Of a stretch of 64,000 nt of DNA, positions 46,461-56,326 are shown piece after piece. The notes beneath the pieces are model-generated. The model was not told the DNA's origin, made no database searches, and was given only the letters and a program-made list of their open reading frames with translations. Every line of letters begins with the position of its first letter. Position 1 is the first letter of the stretch. The stretch comes from an uncultured Clostridia bacterium (GTDB taxonomy: Bacteria; Bacillota; Clostridia; Christensenellales; UBA1242), in the NCBI GenBank assembly GCA_947595235.1, contig CANQEP010000001.1:7451-71450 (forward strand). The letters are read 5' to 3'. The position numbers and the translations under genes were made by a program.

Positions 46461-47624
46461 TTAGGTTTTTATGAATTTTAATGCATTTTTGCTGTATTCA
46501 AGCGCAATTTCTTTGTTTTCTTCTGCCATTTCGCTTGTTTTTTCGTTAAATTTGCCAAGAATAGCCACAAAATCGTCGTTTCTTAGTTTTGTATTTTTCA
46601 TGAGCATCAAGTAGATGACTGTTATGAAATTGAGTTTGTCATCGTCGGTCAACTCGCCGTCTAACATTTCGCGTGCAGAGAGCATGAACTTCTCGCTTTC
46701 AAAGTCAACAAGTTGTGTCTTTAAAAGAAGGTCGCAGAGCATATATTGAATGTCAGAGTCAACTTCCTTCGCCTCACACATGAGTTCAACAAGGCTGGTC
46801 ACGTTCTCTTCTTCCACCTTCGACAAACTTTCGGGCACCGCATACGCTTCATGAATGTCAGAGAGAATATACTTATACTTGTCCTTTGCGCTTCCCTTTA
46901 TCTCGCTGTTGAGCGCGCAGAACTTTTGCTTGTTTTCTTCAAAGTTCCCTTCCAAAATAGAGCCCACAACAAGCTGTACGTCGCCAAGTTCTTTCATCTT
47001 TGCGAAGGCAACTTTTCTCTTTTTTATTTCTTCTTTTTCTTGGCGATACCTTTTTAGAAGGTTCTTCCCCTCGTCGGTGTTCTCGTAGTTTATTCTTGAA
47101 AATGTCAAGTATAAGCAATACGCCAAAGTGGCCGCCGTCAAAATTCCCGCGCCATAGTAACTGAAATATATGGCAAACAAGATGCCCAAAAACGCGATAG
47201 TGTTTGTCTGCTTTCCAACAACAAACCTTGAACCAATTCTTATTGTGTCCCCTTGGCGGGTCTCCAAAACAAAAACATTCCCGTCGATGTTAAGAAGTTT
47301 TCCGCTCCCGCGGTATGCACTTGTATAAAAACATACAATGTCATCAGTCTGCGCGTCAAAGACATTTTTGTATGGCTCAATAACAACAAGGTCGGTCGCC
47401 GACGCGCCAAAATAGTGCCTTGCGTCAAATGTTCCGTCAAGTTTATATTTTAAAAACCCCGGATACAGTGAACGATAAAAGCAAAAGATATAACTTATGG
47501 TCAAGAGCGCAAGCAAAAGCGCAAGCACCAAAAATTTGACAACCACTTTCCCTCTGCTGTCTTTGACTTGCGTTTCTTTTGCTATGTTCAAATCATAAAC
47601 ATCATTTTTCACTATTCGTTCCAC
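46461..47624 (-). CDS. Membrane protein with a peptidase-S26-like but Ser-less ectodomain and a helical cytoplasmic domain
   Basis: 387 aa. The TM1 - beta-rich segment (DLVVIEPYKN...DDIVCFYT...GDTIRIGSRFVVGKQ) - TM2/3 layout parallels SipW but lacks the SMxP box. The C-terminal ~200 aa are helical. Confidence 0.45.
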   Translation of the reverse strand: MERIVKNDVYDLNIAKETQVKDSRGKVVVKFLVLALLLALLTISYIFCFYRSLYPGFLKYKLDGTFDARHYFGASATDLVVIEPYKNVFDAQTDDIVCFYTSAYRGSGKLLNIDGNVFVLETRQGDTIRIGSRFVVGKQTNTIAFLGILFAIYFSYYGAGILTAATLAYCLYLTFSRINYENTDEGKNLLKRYRQEKEEIKKRKVAFAKMKELGDVQLVVGSILEGNFEENKQKFCALNSEIKGSAKDKYKYILSDIHEAYAVPESLSKVEEENVTSLVELMCEAKEVDSDIQYMLCDLLLKTQLVDFESEKFMLSAREMLDGELTDDDKLNFITVIYLMLMKNTKLRNDDFVAILGKFNEKTSEMAEENKEIALEYSKNALKFIKT

Positions 47625-47884
47625 CTAACGAGCAACAAGGTACGGCTCGCGTCAATGTTAATCTTCTTGTAGATATTTTTGTGAGAAAACTCGCTTCTTA
47701 TAAATTCTTTAAGAACTTTGCCCTTGTGGTAGCCGTGCGTGACCAAGATGCCTTTTATGTTGGTGTCAAGAGAGGACAGAAGATAAACAAGTTCTGCCCT
47801 TGCCTCTTCTTTTGTTAAGCCGTGAAGGTCTTTTTCAAAAATTTTGCCGTACTTGACTTCAAGAAAGGCGGATTGCTCGCTCAC
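47612..47884 (-). CDS. Smr-domain protein
   Basis: DLHGLTKEEARAELVYLL...ILVTHGYHKGKVLKEFI matches the Smr DLHG/HG pattern. Best start is GTG 47884, 6 nt after GAGGGG and 1 nt after the upstream stop. The track start 48004 overlaps the upstream gene. Confidence 0.6.
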   Translation of the reverse strand: MSEQSAFLEVKYGKIFEKDLHGLTKEEARAELVYLLSSLDTNIKGILVTHGYHKGKVLKEFIRSEFSHKNIYKKINIDASRTLLLVRWNE

Positions 47885-47885
47885 C

Positions 47886-49367
47886 TTAGTCCCCTCGCCT
47901 TTTGACGCTTGGCAAGAGCGCACTTGTGCTGAAAGGCTCACCGCAAGTTGGTGGTTCTTTTGTGAAACCAATAATTCTTCCGTTCTCTGGAGAAACAATT
48001 GCATCTTCTCTCATGAAACGAACATCCCAATAAATATAGGTGTAATAAATCTCGCCCGTCGCCGCATCGCGTTCTTTTTTATATAGTTTTCTGTCGGCAA
48101 AATCTTTGAATCCGGCAGAGTTCTCGTCAACATAGAAGTCAATAATGAATGAGTCTGTCAGTCGCTCATCGCCAATCTCTGCACTAACACTAATTGTTGC
48201 GGTTGCATCATGCAAATTCTCTCTGTCCGATGTGTCCCATGCAACAATGTAATACTCGTTGCCAATTATCTCAATTTGCTTCATGTCCTCAGAACTTGCG
48301 CTGTTTATGGCTGCAGTAACATAGAAAACATCGCCATTTGTATAGACAACTCTAACCTTGAAGTTGACGATATTGACGTCACTTGTCAAGATTATCGCGT
48401 CAATCTTTTCTTCGCCCTCTTTGATGTCCCCTTTGCCATAAATGTTCTTTATGGTTTTGAAGTCTGAGGTGGTGTCAACGCAAAGTTGAATGTTAATTGC
48501 ATAGTTACCACGAACGTCAACCGAAACAATGAACGACTCAACAACCTCGCCCTCTTCTCCACCATGGCGCGATTGCAAAGTTATGTACTCTCTTGTGTCA
48601 AGTTTGCTTTGCTTTGCCTTTATAACAAGACTGCTGTTCGCATCGTCGATATAGATGTCTTCAAAGACCTCGGTGTTATAGTCTTTAATAACATAGATGC
48701 CCGAAAGGTTGATGTCGCTTGCTTGCCCACCAAGAGTGGAATCGAACTTGAATGAGTAGTCCTTGTCGTCAGCATAGATGAACACCTCGTCTTCGCTGAT
48801 GACATTTTTGTTGACCTCGGGGTCAGTGACAATTTCGAATGAAACGGGCGCGTTCTCTCTCACAGTCAAAACAAAACTGTCATAAACGCTTGGATTTTCT
48901 GTCGCATAAACACTTATTGTCGTTTTCCCCGCCTTGAAATATTTGACAGTGTAAACATCATCGCCCTTTGGCTCAATAGTGGCAATATCGCTGTTTGACG
49001 ATGCCGTAACAAAATCAACTTGCGCCGACGCTGAATAGGTTATTGAAACTTCAAACTCGTTTTCGTTTTTGCTTGTCAAAAAGACATCTTTTTCAAAAAC
49101 TTCAACAAGTTCATATTCTTCTTTTGGCTCTTCTGGGGTCTCGGTCGGCTGGTCACCTATGGTTCCTTCTTGGTCACTTGGCGCGTCCTCATCGGGAGTT
49201 TCTTCTGGGGTCTCGGACGCCTCAACCTTCACCAACTCAACAAATCTGAGGTTATAGACCGTCGCCGTTGAAAGCCCCGAAAGAAAAGTGATGCCAACAA
49301 GCACAAGAATTGCCGCAACCAGAAATGCAACACCTGCTATTATCCATTTTTTCAACTTTGAACTCAT
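47886..49367 (-). CDS. Signal-anchored surface protein with an acidic Pro/Glu/Thr linker and Ig-like beta-rich repeats
   Basis: 493 aa. TM anchor WIIAGVAFLVAAILVLVGITFL, linker ETPEETPDEDAPSDQEGTIGDQPTETPEEPKEE, beta-rich body. Promoter TTGACA-16-TAAAAT upstream. Confidence 0.55.
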   Translation of the reverse strand: MSSKLKKWIIAGVAFLVAAILVLVGITFLSGLSTATVYNLRFVELVKVEASETPEETPDEDAPSDQEGTIGDQPTETPEEPKEEYELVEVFEKDVFLTSKNENEFEVSITYSASAQVDFVTASSNSDIATIEPKGDDVYTVKYFKAGKTTISVYATENPSVYDSFVLTVRENAPVSFEIVTDPEVNKNVISEDEVFIYADDKDYSFKFDSTLGGQASDINLSGIYVIKDYNTEVFEDIYIDDANSSLVIKAKQSKLDTREYITLQSRHGGEEGEVVESFIVSVDVRGNYAINIQLCVDTTSDFKTIKNIYGKGDIKEGEEKIDAIILTSDVNIVNFKVRVVYTNGDVFYVTAAINSASSEDMKQIEIIGNEYYIVAWDTSDRENLHDATATISVSAEIGDERLTDSFIIDFYVDENSAGFKDFADRKLYKKERDAATGEIYYTYIYWDVRFMREDAIVSPENGRIIGFTKEPPTCGEPFSTSALLPSVKRRGD

Positions 49368-49476
49368 ACTTTTATTTTGTACCCTTTCTTATATTTATAT
49401 TTTACTAAATATAAAAATATTGTCAACAAAAATCGCCCCTATAAGAATTAGATAAAAATTTTAAGAAAATTGACAT

Positions 49477-49506
49477 GAAAAAACGGCGATTGCTCGCCGT
49501 TTTTTA
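49477..49506 (-). terminator. Bidirectional intrinsic terminator after the 951-aa gene
   Basis: ACGGCGA-TTGC-TCGCCGT flanked by A6 and T6. Confidence 0.75.
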
Positions 49507-49513
49507 TGTTTTG

Positions 49514-52369
49514 TTATGCAACAAAGTTGTTGTATGCAACAAGTTCTGCATTCTCTTTGTCGTAGCCGTTAACATCAACAACATCAGATGCGCTAGTGTT
49601 GAATGAATAGCTAATACCGAATGTGTATTGATATCCGCAACCAATAGTAACAATGTGTCTTGGTCTTCCACCATCTTCACCAAAAGCATAAGTGAATGTT
49701 ACTTGATGAGCCTCGATTGTAACCTTGCTAACTTCGTTTGTTGAAATGTTGAAGTTAGAAGTTTGAGAGTTAATAAGACCAATTGTTGCGCCAAGTGCTC
49801 TTGCTCTATATGCCCCGGCAGCAAGAACTTTGTCGGCATCCTTCAATGCTTTTGCCTCTTCAGCAAAGTCTGCAGTTATCTTGAGAGATGAAACTTTGTT
49901 AGACTCAATTCGTGTTGCAGTAACATTAGCAAAGTCAAGTGCGTCAACATTCTTGTCTGTGCCAGCATATTTGCTTATTGCACCAACAAGTCCACCAGCA
50001 ACGAATATGCCGACATCTTCTTTTTGTCCGTCGTCTGCCTCGGTCTTGTTAACGCCAATAGCATAGAAACTGTTATAGTTGAAGTACATTTCGCCAGCAA
50101 GAACGCTGTTGTTTTTAAGAGTCATTCCAACGCCGCCCTCATCACCGATGTATCTTGAAATAAGTCCACCAACATAGGCTGCGCCCAATTTCAAAGTCTT
50201 GTCTGCGTCGCTGTTAACAAGAAGACTTGCAACGCTGTTGTTCTCGATGTCTGCACCCTCTCCAGCAATGTTAACAAGGCCAGCAATCATGTAGGTTGAA
50301 GAGAACATTTGACCATTAGAGAATTTGCCATATGCAGAAGTGAATTTTGCACTCTTAACGTCAACGCCAGTAACCTTTGCGTTCTTAACTTGATAAGCAA
50401 CGCCTGCATAGTTAACTGAACCAACAACATCATTTGCAACGAATGATGCTCTTCCCTCAACCTCAACCTCAAGGTTAGAGATTTCTGGAACGACGTCAAA
50501 CTTCTCATCACGGTCATATCCTGGGTCGTTATAAACTGCAACACCGGCAGATATAGAAGTTGTTCTCAAAATATAGAGTGCCTCGGCAGTTGTTCCGTCG
50601 GTTGGGTCTGCGCCCATGCCTTCAAAAGCAACTTTGATGGCAGTTTTTGTTTCAACAAGTGTTTCGCCTTCTGCTGGCTCATTTTGAGCAACAAAACCAG
50701 CAATCTTTCCATAGTTAGCAATGGCAACGCCACCATTTCTGTGACCCTTAAGAGTTACGTCAATAACTGGAGCGTCAAATGCCTTTGTGTATTCAACTGA
50801 AGTGTGAGGGTTAATTTGATATGCAACGCCCGAAGCGTCATCGGCTTGAATAACACCTTTAACAGTGACATCTTTAACAGATGAAGTGTCTGCCTCGTTT
50901 GAAGTGCTACCAAGAACACCAACAACACCAGCAACTTGTCCACCAAGCATATATGCGTCAATATTTTCTACAGTGACGTTAGAGATTGATGAAACAAAGT
51001 CTGCAGTGCGAGTGCCAGTTGAGTCAATGCTAGTAAGAAGTCTGCCAGCAACACCACCAGCGAGAGTAGCCTTTTCTAGGGTGTAGTCAACATTCTTCTT
51101 TTGAGTTGTGTCTGAGATGTTAAATCTTGTAACGTTTGTGTTAACGATGTCGGCGCAATAACCACGACCAACAACGCCACCAACGGTTGATTCAAGTGAG
51201 TATAGAAGTGATGCAGTGAAAGAAACATCAACATTTTCAATCTTGTTCTTAAGTTCTTTTGTCACTTCGATGTTGTCAAGGTTGTAGGTGTTGGTAAGGT
51301 CACCAACAACGCCACCAATTCTTGTTCCCTTTGCATAGGTTGGTTGGTTGTTAACAACAACGCTTGTAACACTAAGGCCACTAATTCTAACAAGAGCGCC
51401 CGAACCAACAACGCCACCAATACCATTAGAAACTGTTGTTGTTTGTCCATAACTGTAACCAGTGATGGTTGACGCAATGGCGGTCTTTTCTTCGCCCTCT
51501 GCAGTAACACCAACAATGTCTACATTCTTTGCATAGCCAGCAACAACGCCGATGTTAAGTTTTGCAAATGCAGTGTAGGTTGTTTCATAAGTTCCGGTAA
51601 GAGCCTCAAGAGCGTCGGCACTAACATTGATTTGTGCTGCGCCAGTTCCGTCGGTTCTGCCAAATCCAAGGTTAGAAATTGTGTTGTTCTCTATGGCACC
51701 GAACAAGCCAAGGTCAACATATGCCTTGCCTTCACTTTCATGAGTGAAGCGGCTATCTTCTGCCAAGAGGTCAGCCTTTGTAACGCTGATTTTGAGGTTA
51801 AGAATTTTGAACCCATTACCATCAATGTTTCCATTGTATGGGTGTCCTTCCCAACCGATAGGCTCCCAGTTCTCGTTGCCAAGGTCGATATCGCCGGCAA
51901 GTTTAACATATTCTGGGGCAGTTGCAGTCAAAGACTCATTGAACGAATCTCTGAGTTTTGCAAAGTGGTTGGCATTAGGAACAATCCATGGGTCGTCACT
52001 TGTTCCAGTACCTTGGTTGTAGACAAAGATGTTGTAGGTTATAGTGTTGTACTTGTCTGTGTGACCAACTCTGTCAAGAGTGACAACAGCGGATACCTCG
52101 CCCGCCTTTTTAGCCTTATAGATTCCGGCGGTTTCTGTCTCTTCAATAGGCATAGCGCCACCATCTGGGATTTTGAAAGCAATATTATCTTTGTTATAAT
52201 CTTTGAAAACAGTAACTTCGTCGTCTACCAAATACGCGAGTCTAACAACATCGTTTCGTGGGGTGAGTGGGTTTGAGCCACCGAACACACTGACGATAGT
52301 GTAGATGCCAAGCGCAAGTGTCACAACGAGGCTTATGATCAAAGTTGAGATTAAACTCTTTTTAGACAT
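49514..52369 (-). CDS. Large signal-anchored surface protein with GLUG-like repeats
   Basis: 951 aa. TM anchor, then many G-rich beta-helix-type units (IGGVVGSG, IGGVVGDL, VGGVVGRG, AGGVAGRL, VAGVVGVLG, YVGGLISR, VAGGLVGAI) reminiscent of the GLUG motif. Confidence 0.6.
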   Translation of the reverse strand: MSKKSLISTLIISLVVTLALGIYTIVSVFGGSNPLTPRNDVVRLAYLVDDEVTVFKDYNKDNIAFKIPDGGAMPIEETETAGIYKAKKAGEVSAVVTLDRVGHTDKYNTITYNIFVYNQGTGTSDDPWIVPNANHFAKLRDSFNESLTATAPEYVKLAGDIDLGNENWEPIGWEGHPYNGNIDGNGFKILNLKISVTKADLLAEDSRFTHESEGKAYVDLGLFGAIENNTISNLGFGRTDGTGAAQINVSADALEALTGTYETTYTAFAKLNIGVVAGYAKNVDIVGVTAEGEEKTAIASTITGYSYGQTTTVSNGIGGVVGSGALVRISGLSVTSVVVNNQPTYAKGTRIGGVVGDLTNTYNLDNIEVTKELKNKIENVDVSFTASLLYSLESTVGGVVGRGYCADIVNTNVTRFNISDTTQKKNVDYTLEKATLAGGVAGRLLTSIDSTGTRTADFVSSISNVTVENIDAYMLGGQVAGVVGVLGSTSNEADTSSVKDVTVKGVIQADDASGVAYQINPHTSVEYTKAFDAPVIDVTLKGHRNGGVAIANYGKIAGFVAQNEPAEGETLVETKTAIKVAFEGMGADPTDGTTAEALYILRTTSISAGVAVYNDPGYDRDEKFDVVPEISNLEVEVEGRASFVANDVVGSVNYAGVAYQVKNAKVTGVDVKSAKFTSAYGKFSNGQMFSSTYMIAGLVNIAGEGADIENNSVASLLVNSDADKTLKLGAAYVGGLISRYIGDEGGVGMTLKNNSVLAGEMYFNYNSFYAIGVNKTEADDGQKEDVGIFVAGGLVGAISKYAGTDKNVDALDFANVTATRIESNKVSSLKITADFAEEAKALKDADKVLAAGAYRARALGATIGLINSQTSNFNISTNEVSKVTIEAHQVTFTYAFGEDGGRPRHIVTIGCGYQYTFGISYSFNTSASDVVDVNGYDKENAELVAYNNFVA

Positions 52370-52410
52370 ATTTTTCCTCCTTATGCATATTATGCACTTA
52401 ATTTACCCAT

Positions 52411-52439
52411 AGTATAGCAAAGACCCGCCCCAAAGTCAA
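52411..52439 (-). promoter_or_regulatory. Promoter of the 951-aa surface protein gene
   Basis: Minus strand: TTGACT (52439-34), 17 nt, TATACT (52416-11). Same TTGACTTT -35 flavour as at 61594. Confidence 0.55.
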
Positions 52440-52459
52440 TACCAAAACAAAAATAAAAT

Positions 52460-52503
52460 AAAAAAAAGAGCCAAATTTTTATTAAAAAATGGTTCTTTTT
52501 TAG
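52460..52503 (-). terminator. Bidirectional intrinsic terminator after the lipoprotein gene
   Basis: AGAGCCA...TGGTTCT stem flanked by A8 and T7. Confidence 0.55.
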
Positions 52504-52549
52504 TGTTTTTGCGTTTTTTAACCGATTTACGCCCATTTTGTGGCTGATT

Positions 52550-53560
52550 TTATGTCAAAAACTGCACTTGTACTGTAATTTTGATTTTTACGGGATTTCC
52601 ATCCGTTCCAATGTCAAGAGTTTGTATGGTTATGTCAACCGTTCCACCCGCAGAATTTACCTCGTCTTTTGCCTTTGCAGTAAGGGTGTAGCCCCCTTGG
52701 TTTTTTTCTAAAGTGAAGAACTTGTCATTTGACAAAAATACTTCATAGTCTGCAAGGTCAATCTCAATATTTGACGAGTCAAAATACCTTGCTCTAATTT
52801 TGAACTCCTCACCACCGCTAAGCGACAAGTTAAGTTTGTTTTTGTCACGGATAACGCTATTACCAAATGTTGCAAAGACGTCGTTAACACTGCTAACAAC
52901 GTTAAGCCTTATGGTTGCCGAAAGGCCAGTTTGCGTTGTGCCCTCGCTGTTGCAGACCTCCACCTTCACCTCAGAAGAGCCACGCCTCCCCGTTGACTGA
53001 ACGGTCAGCCCTTGCTCGTCTTTAACCTCGATAATGCTTGGATCAGAACTTGTTATTTTATAGGTGAATTCGTTGTTGTTAACATTCCTTCTCCCCGACA
53101 AGAACTCTCCCGAAAGACCAAGAACATAGGTCGCCCCGCCATAAACAATGTCGCTCGCTTTGGTTGTTCCGTCCTTGTTGAAAAAGCCCACCGAGGTTGG
53201 GTACTCTCTTAAACGCACCTCGCAAGTATCAGAAAAGTCGTTGAGGCTGATTGTTATTCTTATTGGAGAGTATGCTTGACTATTTATGTTGTCGCGAATT
53301 GTGAAGTAGCCATTGCTAAAAACGTAGGTGTCGGCGTCGTCAATTCCGTCGCTGACGTTGTAGGTGACGTTGTAACTTTGGGCGGTTGATGGATAAATTT
53401 TGTAGTCAAGAAAAGTCCTTACGCCCTTGTCGACATAAAAGACCTTGTTAACAAATTTTATTCCCGAAACGGCATTGCTACCCTCAACTCCGCAAGAGGC
53501 GAAGACAAAGAGTGAGCAAAGGCACAGACCAATAACAGAAAAGAACTTTTTCATATCCAT
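52550..53560 (-). CDS. Lipoprotein with Big_2-like Ig domains
   Basis: Signal MKKFFSVIGLCLCSLFVFASCG (lipobox ASC). Segments such as YKITSSDPSIIEVKDEQGLTVQSTGRRGSSEVKVEV resemble bacterial Ig-like group 2 domains. Promoter TTGACA-18-TATAAT upstream. Confidence 0.6.
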   Translation of the reverse strand: MDMKKFFSVIGLCLCSLFVFASCGVEGSNAVSGIKFVNKVFYVDKGVRTFLDYKIYPSTAQSYNVTYNVSDGIDDADTYVFSNGYFTIRDNINSQAYSPIRITISLNDFSDTCEVRLREYPTSVGFFNKDGTTKASDIVYGGATYVLGLSGEFLSGRRNVNNNEFTYKITSSDPSIIEVKDEQGLTVQSTGRRGSSEVKVEVCNSEGTTQTGLSATIRLNVVSSVNDVFATFGNSVIRDKNKLNLSLSGGEEFKIRARYFDSSNIEIDLADYEVFLSNDKFFTLEKNQGGYTLTAKAKDEVNSAGGTVDITIQTLDIGTDGNPVKIKITVQVQFLT

Positions 53561-53641
53561 CCCTTTTATTATGGTTTAATTATACGCAATTTATTTTGCG
53601 TGTGTCAAATGATTTGTGTGCAATAAATTGTTTGATAAAAA

Positions 53642-53670
53642 TTGAAACTTGCCTTTTTTATTTGTAAAAT
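53642..53670 (+). promoter_or_regulatory. pyk promoter
   Basis: TTGAAA (53642-47), 17 nt, TAAAAT (53665-70). Confidence 0.55.
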
Positions 53671-53733
53671 AAATAAAGAATGTTTATACTTTAACTATAT
53701 ATAAAGAAAAATCATAAAATGTGAAGGGTTATT

Positions 53734-55137
53734 ATGAGAAAAACAAAGATAGTTTGCACCATTGGTCCAGCGTGCGAAGACAAAGAAACACTAAAAAAGA
53801 TGATACTTGCGGGCATGAACGTTGCAAGGTTCAACCTAAGCCACGGCACCCACGCCTCTCACCACGCCATGATAGAAAATCTCAAAAAGGCGCGAAGTGA
53901 ACTTGGCGTTCCCGTTGCCATAATGATAGACACCAAAGGCCCCGAAATAAGGATAAAGCAATTCGAAAAAGGCTCGGTCAATCTTGTTAAGGGTCAAAAC
54001 TTTTCTCTCACAACAAGAAACGTTCTTGGCAACGAGAATGGAGTTAGCGTGACCCTCCCCTCTCTCACAAAAATTGTTTCGGCGGGCGACTTTATACTTC
54101 TAAATGACGGCCTCATAAAGATAAAGGTTCAAGAAGTTAAGGGTCAAGACGTGCTGTGCAAGGTTGAGGTTGGTGGAACACTCTCAAACAACAAGAGTAT
54201 CAACATTCCGGGCGTGAGCCTTGACGTCCCCTACCTTTCAGATGTCGACAAAGCCGACTTGCTCTTTGGCATTGACGAGGGCGCCGACATCTTTGCCATT
54301 TCCTTTGTAAGTAGTGCAAAAGATGTTATGGACGTTAGAAAGTTCCTCGCAAAGAACGGATGCACTTCTGCCATGATTTGCTCAAAAATCGAGAGCCGAA
54401 AAGGTGTTAACAACATGGAAGAGATTGTTGACGCGTCCGACAGCGTCATGGTTGCTCGTGGCGACCTTGGGGTTGAGATTGAGTTCGAAAGAATCCCATA
54501 TGTTCAAAAGAAGTTAATAGCCCTTGCACTCCATGAAGGCAAGAACGTTATAACCGCGACAGAGATGCTTGAAAGCATGATACATAACATTCGTCCAACG
54601 CGCGCCGAAATAAGCGACGTTGCCAACGCGGTCTTCGACTCTTCAAGCGCGATAATGCTCTCGGGCGAGACCTCTGCGGGGCAATATCCCGTTTTGAGCG
54701 TTCAAACAATGGCAAAGATTGCCGAGAGCACCGAAGCGACAATTGAGTATAACAAGCCACTCGACTTCGACTACTCAAAGGACATAAGTTCCTCAATTGG
54801 CTACGCATCGTGCGAACTTGCCCGAAGCCTTGGAGCAAGCGCAATAATAACTGCAACAACAACGGGTTATTCGGCAAAGAGCGTCAGCCGATTTAGGCCA
54901 ATCATGCCAATTCTTGCTTGCACTCCAAACAAAAATGTCTATAACCAACTTGCAGTCTTGTGGGGGGTCGTTCCAATTTTGGATAACCCCTACCCCGACA
55001 CCGACAGCCTTCTTAACGGAACAAGAGAGCGCGCCCTTGCCCTCAAACTTATTCGCCATGGCGACACCGTTGTTCAAACGGGCTCAGTCGTCACTGGTGG
55101 GACGGGCAGCGACCTTCTTTATGTAAAAAAAGTCTAA
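53734..55137 (+). CDS. pyk: Pyruvate kinase
   Basis: 467 aa. MRKTKIVCTIGPA, NVARFNLSHG, MVARGDLGVEI. Confidence 0.95.
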   Translation: MRKTKIVCTIGPACEDKETLKKMILAGMNVARFNLSHGTHASHHAMIENLKKARSELGVPVAIMIDTKGPEIRIKQFEKGSVNLVKGQNFSLTTRNVLGNENGVSVTLPSLTKIVSAGDFILLNDGLIKIKVQEVKGQDVLCKVEVGGTLSNNKSINIPGVSLDVPYLSDVDKADLLFGIDEGADIFAISFVSSAKDVMDVRKFLAKNGCTSAMICSKIESRKGVNNMEEIVDASDSVMVARGDLGVEIEFERIPYVQKKLIALALHEGKNVITATEMLESMIHNIRPTRAEISDVANAVFDSSSAIMLSGETSAGQYPVLSVQTMAKIAESTEATIEYNKPLDFDYSKDISSSIGYASCELARSLGASAIITATTTGYSAKSVSRFRPIMPILACTPNKNVYNQLAVLWGVVPILDNPYPDTDSLLNGTRERALALKLIRHGDTVVQTGSVVTGGTGSDLLYVKKV

Positions 55138-55175
55138 TGAAAGAGAAAAAGTCAAGCAGTTGCTTGACTTTTTTG

Positions 55176-55802
55176 TTACTTCGCCGATTCAAAGTAGGCA
55201 GTTGGGTCAACGAGTTTGTCCGCCTCATAGAGTTCGTAGTGAAGGTGAATACCGTCGCCCTTTTCGGTTATGTTCGACGACACCGAACCAATCTCTTGCC
55301 CCTTAACAACCGTGTCGCCCGCCTTGACAAACACCTCGTCTGCCAAACTTCTATAGACGCTGACAAGGTCATTTGAGTGCCTTATTGTAACGACCATGCC
55401 GTCCATCATTGAAGGTTCAACCTTTTCCACCACTCCGTCAAAGACGGCAACAACTTTTGCGCCCGCAGCCGCTTGAAAGTCCACGCCTTGGTGGGTGATG
55501 TAGTCGCCACTGGTCTTGTCTTCAAGCAAAAAGTCCTCGGCGTAGCCCTTGCTTATAACTCCATTTATAACGGGGAACGCAAACTCAATGACCTTATCGG
55601 TGTCAGTTGGAATGGTTGGAACATTTTGCTCTTCGCTTGATGGTATGTCGGGCAAAACTGGGGTTTCCTCTTCCCCATGGTTAACAAAGGTCAGCGCCGT
55701 CAAAGTGACCATTGTTATAACAAGAACAACGCACACGCAGACCGCTATTGCGTAGGTGTTGCGCTTTAAAAACAACCAAACTTTTCTAAAAAACTTTTTC
55801 AT
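55176..55802 (-). CDS. M23-family metallopeptidase, membrane-anchored
   Basis: ATG 55802 follows GGAGG. TM anchor, then HQGVDF and IHLHYEL (the HxxxD / HxH motifs of LytM/M23). Confidence 0.8.
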   Translation of the reverse strand: MKKFFRKVWLFLKRNTYAIAVCVCVVLVITMVTLTALTFVNHGEEETPVLPDIPSSEEQNVPTIPTDTDKVIEFAFPVINGVISKGYAEDFLLEDKTSGDYITHQGVDFQAAAGAKVVAVFDGVVEKVEPSMMDGMVVTIRHSNDLVSVYRSLADEVFVKAGDTVVKGQEIGSVSSNITEKGDGIHLHYELYEADKLVDPTAYFESAK

Positions 55803-55858
55803 AAACAACCTCCAAACAACCAAATACTTCACACAAAATTAGATTTTTATACAAAAAT

Positions 55859-56281
55859 TTAGTAACTTCCATAAATTATTGGGCTTGCAACAACAATGTC
55901 GCTCTCTCGAATTGCAATCTGCACATTGTTTTTCGACGATGAATTGACATATTTCAGCCGTGGTGAAACCCCTTCAATCATCAAGGTTTCGCCAACAATG
56001 TACCTTTCACTGATGTTAAGCCCCAATTTTTCAACAATTCTGTTGAGCGCTTCAAGGTCCTTTTCAATGAAAATGCACTCGCCAACCACCTTTTCGCCGA
56101 GTTTGTACTCAACAAAGTTGTTCACTCTTTGGTCCTCAACAACAAACCCGAGGTCTGTGGAAAAGTATGCATTGCCCTCGTCTTTTTTTACATTAAGAAT
56201 ATCGAAAAGCCCCTCGCCCGAGAGTGCACAGACCACCGCCAAAACAAGTATTGGAATGAACAAAAGCAAAAATCTTTTCAT
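55859..56281 (-). CDS. Secreted/anchored hypothetical protein
   Basis: Likely start MKRFLLLFIPILVLAVVCALSG (56281). No family recognised. Confidence 0.45.
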   Translation of the reverse strand: MKRFLLLFIPILVLAVVCALSGEGLFDILNVKKDEGNAYFSTDLGFVVEDQRVNNFVEYKLGEKVVGECIFIEKDLEALNRIVEKLGLNISERYIVGETLMIEGVSPRLKYVNSSSKNNVQIAIRESDIVVASPIIYGSY

Positions 56282-56326
56282 AAAAAAAGCACCCTTAAAG
56301 ATGCTTGACAAAAACAGAAAAATTAT

